From NCBI GenBank assembly GCA_049973735.1, contig JBMFJL010000025.1, positions 1 through 8,007 on the forward strand: a DNA stretch of 8,007 nt. The letters run 5' to 3'. A program made the translations under genes and the position numbers. This DNA comes from Nanopusillaceae archaeon (lineage in GTDB: Archaea > Nanobdellota > Nanobdellia > Nanobdellales > Nanobdellaceae). Shown here one piece after another: positions 1-7,261 of the stretch; within the stretch, counting starts at the first letter, position 1, and each line of letters starts with the position of its first letter. Under the pieces are notes generated by a model, which was given only the letters and a program-made list of their open reading frames with translations, was not told where the DNA came from and did not search any database.

Positions 1-113
1 TTACACTCTTATCTAAAATAAGTTTTGAGATGATCAATTTACATGAATTGGTAAGTGAATTAGAAAGAATAGGTCTTAAATCAATAATTAAAAATATTGA
101 TGCTAATAAATAA
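1..113 (+). CDS. rpoB2: 3' end (partial) of DNA-directed RNA polymerase subunit B'' (Rpo2N), the N-terminal half of a split subunit B
   Basis: Frame 3 is open from the window edge to TAA at 111-113 and reads TLLSKISFEMINLHELVSELERIGLKSIIKNIDANK*. From memory this aligns with the Rpb2/RpoB segment just before the VFVNG block (yeast ...LSLMSCISVG..IITFLSEWGMEPLEDY...). The stop lies 2 nt before the B' ATG. Only 36 codons are visible, and the call rests on my own hand translation. Confidence 0.6.
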   Translation, partial: TLLSKISFEMINLHELVSELERIGLKSIIKNIDANK

Positions 114-115
114 AT

Positions 116-1918
116 ATGGCTTCTGAGGTTTTTGTAGATGGTATTTTTGTAGGATATGTTGATAATCCTGAGGAGTTTATCAAGAAATTTAAGGAACATA
201 GAAGGAAGGGCATAATTCCATATTTTGTTAATATTTACTATGATGAAGAGAGGAATGCAATAGATATAACAACGAGAAAAGGTAGAATTTTAAGACCTTT
301 AATAGTTGTAAAAAATGGGAAACCACTATTAACAAAAGAACATTTAGAAAAGTTGGAAAAAGGCGAGTTAAAGTGGTCAGATCTAGAAAAGCAAGGAATA
401 ATAGAATGGGTAGATCCATCTGAAGAGGAAAATCTAAAAATAGCTTTATATCCTGAAGATATAAAAGAAGATACCACACATTTGGAGATATCTTCATTAG
501 TAATATTTGGTATTGCTACATCTCTAGCCCCATTTTCAAATAGGAATCAGTCTGCAAGATTAAATAGAGGAGTAAGACCACAAAAGCAGGCCCATGCCAT
601 ATATTCTCCAAATTTCTTAAATAGATTTGATACTGATATTTCAGTCATGTATTATCCACAACAACCCATTGTTAGAACATTTTCTCATAAAATATTCCAA
701 AATGAAGATTTGATTGGACAAAATGTAATTGTAGCGGTTATGACTCAAGAAGGATATAATATTGAAGATGCAATAATACTAAATAAAGGTTCTATAGATA
801 GAGGACTATTCAGATCTGTATACTTTAGATCATATGAGGTTGAAAAGTTGAGATATCCTGGAGGATTACAGGATGAAATTACAATACCAGATCCATCTGT
901 AGAATTATACAGAGGTAGGGATAAATATAAAAATTTAGAAGAGGACGGAATTGTTGCAGTAGAATCTCATGTTGTTGTAGATGATGTTTTAGTTGGAAGA
1001 GTTTCTCCTCCAAGGTTTATTGGATTAACATCAGAATCTATTGTAACTGGTTTAAGAAAGAAAGACTCTTCTTTGGTTTTGTCAGGGGTAGATGAAGGAT
1101 ATGTTGATGCAGTTGTAGTTACCGAATCTCCAGATGGAAATCCTTTGATTAAAATTAGAGTCAGAGATTTAAGAATACCAGAATTGGGTGATAAATTTAC
1201 AGTTAGACATGGACAAAAAGGTGTTGTTGGTATGATAGTAGATGAATCAGATATGCCATGGACAGCATCCGGTATAAAACCAGATATAATATTTTCTCCC
1301 ATGGGTATTCCTTCAAGAGAAACTTTTGGTCTATTACTTGAAATCCTTGGCGGGAAAGTAGGTACATTAAATGGTAGATATGTTGATGGAACTCCATGGT
1401 ATGGAGAATCAGAAGAAGAATTGAGAAAAGAATTATTATCCTTAGGATTCAGAGATGATGGAACAGAGACAATGTATAATCCTATAACTGGTGATGAATT
1501 TAAAGCTAGAATATTTATAGGTAGTGCATACTACCTTAGATTAAAGCACCTTGCAAGAAATAAGATACAGGCAAGATCTATAGGTCCAGTCACATTATTG
1601 ACTAAGCAACCAACTGAAGGTAAATCTAGGAAAGGTGGTTTAAGGTATAGTGAAATGGAAAATGAAGTACTTGCTGCTCATGGTGCTTCTCTATTGTTAA
1701 GAGAGATGTATTCTTCTGATGATACTGTAGTTTATATTTGTGAAAGTTGTGGATCTCTTGCTGTTGAAGATAATATTAGAAATAGAGTTTACTGTCCCGT
1801 TTGTGGTGAAACTGAAAAGATTTCGAAGGTTAGACTATCATACGGATTTACTTTATTACTTAAAGAATTAATTTCCTTAGGAATTTGGCCAAGATTGAAA
1901 TTGAGATACAAGTTCTAA
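116..1918 (+). CDS. rpoB1: DNA-directed RNA polymerase subunit B' (Rpo2C), the C-terminal half of split subunit B
   Basis: 600-aa ORF. The N-terminus EVFVDGIFVGYVDNPEEF...RRKG...GRILRPLIVV matches Rpb2 RVFVNGVWHGVHRNPARL..RRKG..GRVYRPLFIV. It also carries GDKFTVRHGQKGVVG (GDKFASRHGQKG), DMPWT..GIKPDIIFSPMGIPSRET, GLRYSEMENE (GLRFGEMERD) and the C-terminal zinc ribbon CESCG...CPVCG. Confidence 0.95.
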   Translation: MASEVFVDGIFVGYVDNPEEFIKKFKEHRRKGIIPYFVNIYYDEERNAIDITTRKGRILRPLIVVKNGKPLLTKEHLEKLEKGELKWSDLEKQGIIEWVDPSEEENLKIALYPEDIKEDTTHLEISSLVIFGIATSLAPFSNRNQSARLNRGVRPQKQAHAIYSPNFLNRFDTDISVMYYPQQPIVRTFSHKIFQNEDLIGQNVIVAVMTQEGYNIEDAIILNKGSIDRGLFRSVYFRSYEVEKLRYPGGLQDEITIPDPSVELYRGRDKYKNLEEDGIVAVESHVVVDDVLVGRVSPPRFIGLTSESIVTGLRKKDSSLVLSGVDEGYVDAVVVTESPDGNPLIKIRVRDLRIPELGDKFTVRHGQKGVVGMIVDESDMPWTASGIKPDIIFSPMGIPSRETFGLLLEILGGKVGTLNGRYVDGTPWYGESEEELRKELLSLGFRDDGTETMYNPITGDEFKARIFIGSAYYLRLKHLARNKIQARSIGPVTLLTKQPTEGKSRKGGLRYSEMENEVLAAHGASLLLREMYSSDDTVVYICESCGSLAVEDNIRNRVYCPVCGETEKISKVRLSYGFTLLLKELISLGIWPRLKLRYKF

Positions 1919-1920
1919 TA

Positions 1921-4587
1921 ATGACCGAGTTTTATCCAAAGAGAATTGATGAAATTCAATATTCAATTTTAAGTCCAGAAATTATTAGAAAGATTTCTGT
2001 AGCAAAAATAATTGTACCAGAGTTATATGATGAAGATGGAACTCCAATAAGAGGTGGTTTGATGGATTTAAGATTGGGTGTAGTAGATCCTGGATATGTA
2101 TGTGAAACATGTGGTAAACCGGTAAATAAATGTCCGGGACACTTTGGACACATAGAACTTGCAAGACCGGTTTTACATCCAGAATTTATACCAATAATAA
2201 GAGAACTAGTAAATGTAGTATGTCATAATTGTGGAAGAGTAAAGTTAACACAAGAGGAGTACGAATTTTCTCTTAAGAAAGTTGAAAAATTGAGAAATGC
2301 TGGAAGATGGGATGATATTTTAAAATTTGCTAAAAAATTTGTATATCCCAGAGCAAAGAAGAGGACTAAATGTCCACATTGTGGATATGAAAATAAGAAA
2401 GTAGAATTTAAAAAACCATATTTCTTCTTTATCAAAGATAAAGATACGGAGAGAAAGATGTATCCTGTTGAAATAAGGGCAATATTTGAAAAAATACCTG
2501 ATCAAGATTTATATGTTTTAGGATTTCATCCATCATATTCTAGACCTGAATGGATGGTTTTAACAGTATTAATAGTACCTCCAGTAACAATAAGACCTTC
2601 GATTGTTTTAGAAACTGGAGAAAGACAAGAAGATGATCTTACTCATAAATTAGTTGATATTGTTAGGATTAATCAAAGATTAAAGGAAGCGATAACTACC
2701 GGAGCACCACAGGTTATTGTAGACGAACTTTATAATTTGCTGCAATATCATGTTACAACATATTTCAATAATACATTACCATCAGTTCCTAAAGCGGTTC
2801 ATAGATCTGGAAAACCCTTAAAATCTATAGTAGAAAGAATTTCTGGAAAAGAAGGTTTAATAAGACATGATTTATTGGGTAGAAGAGTTAACTATAGTGC
2901 AAGAGCAGTAATTTCTCCTGATGCTAAAATAAAAGTAAATGAAGTGGGAGTGCCAATGTATGTAGCTAAGACTTTAACAATTCCTGAAAGGGTAAATGAA
3001 TGGAATTTAGAAAGATTAAAACAATATGTTCTAAACGGTCCAAATAAATATCCAGGAGCAAATTATGTAATTTCTCCAGATGGAAGTAGAAGATTGATAA
3101 CTGAAGAAAATAAAGAAACTTTAGCAAATTTGTTGCAACCAGGATGGATAGTTGAGAGACATTTGAAGGATGGAGATATAGTATTATTCTTAAGATACCC
3201 ATCTCTACATAGATTATCTATGATGGGTCATTATGTAAAGGTATTACCTGGAAATACATTTAGAATAAATCCTGTAGTTGTCAAACCTTATAATGCAGAT
3301 TTTGATGGTGATGAGATGAATGTATTTACACCAAGGTCAGAAGAAGCAAGGGCAGAGGCAAAGTACTTAGTAGAAATATCTAATAATTTCATATCCCCTA
3401 AGAATGGAAACTTTATAGTTGGAATGATACAGGAGATGATTACAGGATTGTATTTATTGACTCAAGATGATACAAAATTGCCAATTTCTTTAGCATCACA
3501 ATTAGTTTACATGTCCAATGCGGACGAAAAAGATCTAAATAAATTAGCAAGATTTATAGAAAATGCTAGGAAAGAAGGTAGAGATTATTTAACTGGTAAA
3601 GAAGTAGCATCAGTATTCTTACCAGATGATTTAAATCTAAAAACCGATAAAATAGAAATAAAAGATGGTGTAATAGTTAGCGGATATTTGGATTCTGGAT
3701 TGGTAAAAGCTGAAAAAGGAAAATTATTTGTAGTCTTATATAATTTATATGGAAAGGAATTTACTGCAAAAATATTACAAAACTATAGTTTATTAGGTAT
3801 ATACTATCAATATATTGTGGGATTGACAATGACAGTATCTGATTTTGATGTTTCAGAGGATACAAAAAAGGAATTAAATAAAATAATTAGTGATGTAAAG
3901 GAGAAAGTAGATAAACTATATCAAATGTACGTCAATAATGAAATAAGACCTATAGCTGGAAAAACAAGAAAAGAAACATATGAGATATTAACTAAGCAAG
4001 AAATATCACAAGGATTAACAAAAATACAAGATTTGCTAAGAAATAAAATGAAGAAAGGAACTGGTACTTATATAATGGCGGTTACTGGAGCTAGAGGAGA
4101 CTGGGGAAACATACTAAGAATGGCAGGTTCACTAGGTTTCCAGGCTTATAGAGGTGGTTACATAAACTTTGGATATAAAGGAAGGAATTTAACAATATTT
4201 GAAAAGAATTATTATCATCCAATGAATCATGGTTGGGTAATAAGTTCATACAGAGAAGGTTTAAAGCCATGGGAAATGTTCTTCCATTCATTACCAGGTA
4301 GAGATGCTCTAATGGATACTGCATTAAGAACTGCAAAATCTGGATATTTCTATAGAAGACTTGTTTTAAGTTTATATGATTTACATGTTGCAGATGACTT
4401 AACAGTAAGAGACGCATATAATAGAATAGTACAATTTATTTATGGTGGAGATGGAATTGCAGTACATAAATCATTTGGAGGAGATTTGGATTTAAAATTG
4501 CTGGCCCAAATTTATAAACCTGTTGAAGAAATAAAGAAAGATGAATCTACCGGAAAGGATAAGAAAAAAGGTAGAAGAAATAAATGA
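1921..4587 (+). CDS. rpoA1: DNA-directed RNA polymerase subunit A' (Rpo1N)
   Basis: It contains the zinc motif CETCGKPVNKCPGHFGHIELARPV, the catalytic YNADFDGDEMN (nt 3292-3321 for NADFDGDEMN) and a bridge-helix-like GRDALMDTALRTAKSGYFYRRL. I chose ATG 1921 (MTEFYPKRIDEIQYSILSPEIIRK) rather than the ORF-track ATG 1885. Homology begins there, it sits 2 nt after the B' stop (the same TAA-NN-ATG geometry as the B''/B' junction), and 1885 would overlap B' by 34 nt. Confidence 0.94.
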   Translation: MTEFYPKRIDEIQYSILSPEIIRKISVAKIIVPELYDEDGTPIRGGLMDLRLGVVDPGYVCETCGKPVNKCPGHFGHIELARPVLHPEFIPIIRELVNVVCHNCGRVKLTQEEYEFSLKKVEKLRNAGRWDDILKFAKKFVYPRAKKRTKCPHCGYENKKVEFKKPYFFFIKDKDTERKMYPVEIRAIFEKIPDQDLYVLGFHPSYSRPEWMVLTVLIVPPVTIRPSIVLETGERQEDDLTHKLVDIVRINQRLKEAITTGAPQVIVDELYNLLQYHVTTYFNNTLPSVPKAVHRSGKPLKSIVERISGKEGLIRHDLLGRRVNYSARAVISPDAKIKVNEVGVPMYVAKTLTIPERVNEWNLERLKQYVLNGPNKYPGANYVISPDGSRRLITEENKETLANLLQPGWIVERHLKDGDIVLFLRYPSLHRLSMMGHYVKVLPGNTFRINPVVVKPYNADFDGDEMNVFTPRSEEARAEAKYLVEISNNFISPKNGNFIVGMIQEMITGLYLLTQDDTKLPISLASQLVYMSNADEKDLNKLARFIENARKEGRDYLTGKEVASVFLPDDLNLKTDKIEIKDGVIVSGYLDSGLVKAEKGKLFVVLYNLYGKEFTAKILQNYSLLGIYYQYIVGLTMTVSDFDVSEDTKKELNKIISDVKEKVDKLYQMYVNNEIRPIAGKTRKETYEILTKQEISQGLTKIQDLLRNKMKKGTGTYIMAVTGARGDWGNILRMAGSLGFQAYRGGYINFGYKGRNLTIFEKNYYHPMNHGWVISSYREGLKPWEMFFHSLPGRDALMDTALRTAKSGYFYRRLVLSLYDLHVADDLTVRDAYNRIVQFIYGGDGIAVHKSFGGDLDLKLLAQIYKPVEEIKKDESTGKDKKKGRRNK

Positions 4588-5632
4588 TAAGAATTTTTTA
4601 GAATTTGTAACGAAGGTTTATGAAAAGATAAAAGTAGATCCTGGGGAACCAGTAGGAATAGTAACTGCTCAATCTTTGGCAGAGCCAACTACCCAGATGA
4701 TACTAAGGTCATTCCACTTCGTAGGTATAGCAGAACAACAGGTTTCTTTAGGATTACCCAGGTTAATAGAGATAACTGATGCAATAAAGAAGATTAGCAA
4801 AAAATACATGAAGATAAGATTAGTAGATGAATATAAACATGATGAAGAAGCAGCTATAAGACTTGCAAACAAAATAAAAGAAGTATTGTTGGAAGATTTG
4901 GTGTCATCCATATCTTTAGATATACTTGAAAATACTATCTATATTGAATTAGATGAAGAAAAAATGAAAGCCAATGATGTAGACAAAAATACATTATATA
5001 AAATGTTAAAGAAAAAATTGAAGAAATTCAATGTTACTATGGATAAAAATATAATAAAAATTCATTCTGAAAAGGCAAAACCAAGTCATTTATATATGAT
5101 AAAAGAAAATATAAAGAAAATATTGGTTAAGGGTATAAAGGGAATAAAAAGCGCAGAAGTAGTAAAGGAGGGAGATGAATGGATAATATTTACTATAGGA
5201 TCAAATTTAGCAGAAGTAATAAGATTACCTGAAGTAGATTATACTAGGGTTTATACAAATGATATAAGAGAAATTGAAAAAGTTCTTGGTATTGAAGCAG
5301 CTAGAAATGCAATACTGAACGAAATATATACAATATATAAAGAACAAGGTCTAGAGGTAAACTTTAGACACTTTATGCTAGTTGCAGATCTATTAACTTG
5401 GTATGGAGAATATCTAGGTATAACCAGATATGGTATTCATGCAAAAAAGGAATCTGTATTATCAAAAGCGGCATTTGAGATACCAATTACTATATTTATA
5501 AAGGCATCTATTGTTGGAGAAAAAGATAAAGTATTATCCGGTATAGATAATGTATTAATAAATCAACCAATTTATCTTGGAACAGGACTTTATAGTGTAC
5601 ACTATTCGGGTAAGGAGGGTAATAAGGAATAA
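4541..5632 (+). CDS. rpoA2: DNA-directed RNA polymerase subunit A'' (Rpo1C)
   Basis: 363-aa ORF with [50 protein letters not shown], matching the trigger-loop region consensus GEAVG..[36 protein letters not shown].DA. It sits directly after A'. There is no later in-frame ATG/GTG/TTG upstream of the conserved block, so the start at 4541 overlaps A' by 47 nt. Confidence 0.92.
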   Translation: [363 protein letters not shown]

Positions 5633-5658
5633 AAACATAATACTTTATAATAACTATA

Positions 5659-5928
5659 ATGGTTAGTTTTGATGATATAAAGAGGAATGTTGAAGATAAA
5701 AGAATAGTAATAGGAACGAATAGAACACTTAAAATGATTAAGAATGGAAAGGTAGAAAAAGTCTTTTTAGCTAAAAATACACCAGAAAATATTAAAAACG
5801 ACATCATTTATTATTCAAAATTGGGTAATTTTGAAGTAGAAATATTGAATTATACAAATGAAGAAATAGGCCTACTACTAAAAAAGCCATATAAAATTTC
5901 CGTTATATCTATATTAAAAAATGGGTAA
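5659..5928 (+). CDS. rpl30e: 50S ribosomal protein L30e (eL30)
   Basis: 89-aa [71 protein letters not shown] matches the archaeal L30e pattern (G.N.T......GKAKL.I.AKNAP..IK.DI.YYAKLS...VYEF.GTS.ELG.LLGKPF.VS..AI). Its position right after rpoA'' is the canonical one. An in-frame TAA at 5638-5640 rules out a longer N-terminus. Confidence 0.85.
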   Translation: MVSFDDIKRNVEDKRIVIGTNRTLKMIKNGKVEKVFLAKNTPENIKNDIIYYSKLGNFEVEILNYTNEEIGLLLKKPYKISVISILKNG

Positions 5929-6349
5929 TGGTTTATTTGCAGCGAAGAGGTTAATCAAAAATAGAAAGAAATTTAGATGGAGTAAAAAGGATTGGAAGAG
6001 AAAGATGTTAAGATTAAAGGAAAAGTATGATCCATTGGAAGGAGCACCAATGGCATCTGGAATAGTATTGGAAAAGGTTCAAATTGAAAAGAGACAGCCA
6101 TATTCTGGTATGATAAAGTGTGTTAGAGTTCAATTAAAGAAAAATGGAAAAGTAGTTACAGCATTTGCACCTGGTGACAAAGCAATAAAATATATAGATG
6201 AACATGACGAAGTTTTGATAGTTGGTATAGGAGGTCCTAAAGGAAGGACAATTGGATCAATACCAGGTGTAAGATATAAAGTAGTTCTTGTTAATGGACA
6301 ACCCTTAGAATTATTAAGAACTGGAAAAATAGAAAAGGCAAGAAGATAG
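5921..6349 (+). CDS. rps12: 30S ribosomal protein S12 (uS12)
   Basis: 142-aa [41 protein letters not shown]...[56 protein letters not shown] closely matches archaeal S12 (RKKFRWSD..YKRR.L.LKEK.DPLEGAP.A.GIVLEK...KQPNSA.RK.VRVQL.KNGK..TAF.PGDGAI.FIDEHDEV.I.GIGG..G...[10 protein letters not shown]). It overlaps the rpl30e stop by 8 nt. Confidence 0.95.
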   Translation: MGNGLFAAKRLIKNRKKFRWSKKDWKRKMLRLKEKYDPLEGAPMASGIVLEKVQIEKRQPYSGMIKCVRVQLKKNGKVVTAFAPGDKAIKYIDEHDEVLIVGIGGPKGRTIGSIPGVRYKVVLVNGQPLELLRTGKIEKARR

Positions 6350-6350
6350 A

Positions 6351-6359
6351 TTCTTTTTT
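6351..6359 (+). terminator. Oligo-T tract (TTCTTTTTT) directly after the rps12 stop; candidate archaeal intrinsic terminator
   Basis: A T6 run at 6354-6359 begins 5 nt after TAG 6347-6349. Archaeal RNAP is known to terminate at oligo-T tracts. In a genome this AT-rich, such runs also occur by chance. Confidence 0.35.
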
Positions 6360-6388
6360 GATACCATTTATAATTAGTTACAATTAAA

Positions 6389-6396
6389 TTTAAATA
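6389..6396 (+). promoter_or_regulatory. TATA-like box (TTTAAATA) positioned for a leaderless transcript of the membrane-protein gene
   Basis: The centre lies about 25-26 nt upstream of ATG 6418, which is the archaeal TATA-to-TSS spacing. The preceding bases are A-rich (BRE-like). No SD motif lies between it and the ATG. Other TATA-like strings (6367-6373, 6399-6407) sit in the same 68-nt spacer, so the choice is tentative. Confidence 0.3.
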
Positions 6397-6417
6397 AGTT
6401 TATAATAATTATCTACT

Positions 6418-7227
6418 ATGTTAAGCGAACTATTAGTTTCCATAGCATACTATTTAGGTTTTTTAGTAGCGGGAGCAGTATTGGGGTATGTAGTAGGGAG
6501 GTTAGTATTGTTAGTAGCAGATAAAATATTAGAAGAACGTGTAGAGCATATATATGATAAATTAAAGGATGTATTGGAGAAATTACCACCAATAAGGGTA
6601 GGCACTGTATTATCTTATGCATTAGCAATAATTGCTGGAGTATTGGCATTTATGGGAGTTATGAGTTATTTACCGTCAGTATTAACACCATTACAAATGA
6701 AATATGTATTGAATCTATATGAAGTAACACTATTTATTGCGAATTATGTTATATTAATAACTGCAGCAGCATTGTTGATAAGTAGCGTAGTTATATTCTC
6801 AGTATTCTTTACAAGTTATGCATATTTATTGATAGAAGGATATGATAAAGATGTAGCAGATTTACTATCGCTATTATTATTCTTAGCATTCATATATACT
6901 GGTGTAGTAGCTTCATTAAACATGTTAGGATTGACAACAACATTCTTCCAAAATATAATGGGAGTATTTGTAATACTATCAATAGGATTAATAGTAATGG
7001 AATACGTTACAAAACATATATCATCAAATCAGTATTACGAAAATGTTAAACCATTTGTGCAAGTATTCATATATTCAATATTTATAATAAGTTCAATGTC
7101 AGTACTATTAGTAGGATATTCAACAGTTTCAGCATCAGTAGAAAACATATTCGCACTAGGATTTGTAATATTATTTGCATTGGCACTACTTCCAGTAGTA
7201 GTTAAATCTATAAAGCAATTGTTCTAA
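6418..7227 (+). CDS. Polytopic integral membrane protein of unknown function (~7-8 predicted TM helices)
   Basis: 269-aa ORF, same strand as its neighbours. By eye the hydrophobic segments are at about aa 5-34, 61-84, 103-139 (long, possibly two), 146-171, 175-196, 212-233 and 243-262. One charged amphipathic stretch sits at aa 35-60 (DKILEERVEHIYDKLKDVLEKLPPIR). Codon style (GTA/TTA/ATA-rich) resembles the flanking genes. I recognise no catalytic or family motif. Confidence 0.75.
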   Translation: MLSELLVSIAYYLGFLVAGAVLGYVVGRLVLLVADKILEERVEHIYDKLKDVLEKLPPIRVGTVLSYALAIIAGVLAFMGVMSYLPSVLTPLQMKYVLNLYEVTLFIANYVILITAAALLISSVVIFSVFFTSYAYLLIEGYDKDVADLLSLLLFLAFIYTGVVASLNMLGLTTTFFQNIMGVFVILSIGLIVMEYVTKHISSNQYYENVKPFVQVFIYSIFIISSMSVLLVGYSTVSASVENIFALGFVILFALALLPVVVKSIKQLF

Positions 7228-7230
7228 TTC

Positions 7231-7240
7231 TTTAAAAATA
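7231..7240 (+). promoter_or_regulatory. TATA-like box (TTTAAAAATA) about 27 nt upstream of the rps7 ATG
   Basis: The centre at about 7235 lies 27 nt before ATG 7262, consistent with a leaderless rps7 transcript. There is no SD-like sequence in the 34-nt spacer. The sequence is low-complexity AT, so support is weak. Confidence 0.3.
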
Positions 7241-7247
7241 TTTTTTT
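7241..7247 (+). terminator. T7 tract after the membrane-protein gene; candidate archaeal terminator
   Basis: TTTTTTT at 7241-7247 lies 14 nt after TAA 7225-7227 and is followed by a second T-rich patch (CATTTTATTTT, 7251-7261). It abuts the candidate rps7 TATA box. Confidence 0.35.
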
Positions 7248-7261
7248 GAACATTTTATTTT

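Noticed and set aside
1885-1920. ORF-track start at ATG 1885 for rpoA' (MAKIEIEIQVLI...)
   Set aside because: The extension overlaps the 3' end of rpoB' and has no homology to A' N-termini. ATG 1921 begins the conserved sequence and repeats the TAA-NN-ATG junction seen at B''/B'.
4541-4587. Programmed frameshift on the A-run fusing A' and A'' into a single Rpb1-like polypeptide
   Set aside because: The A'/A'' split is universal in Archaea. Both ORFs have complete, sensible termini. The shift required (+1 from A' into A'') has no slippery-codon-plus-stop arrangement at the right place.
5614-5618. GGAGG Shine-Dalgarno-like motif near the end of rpoA''
   Set aside because: It lies 41 nt upstream of the rpl30e ATG (5659), too far to act as an SD. 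It simply encodes K-E-G of A''. No in-frame start lies closer, because of the TAA at 5638-5640.
5644-5652. TTTATAATA TATA-like string upstream of rpl30e
   Set aside because: It is only 7-15 nt from the ATG, too close for archaeal TATA-to-TSS spacing. rpl30e is more likely co-transcribed with rpoA''.
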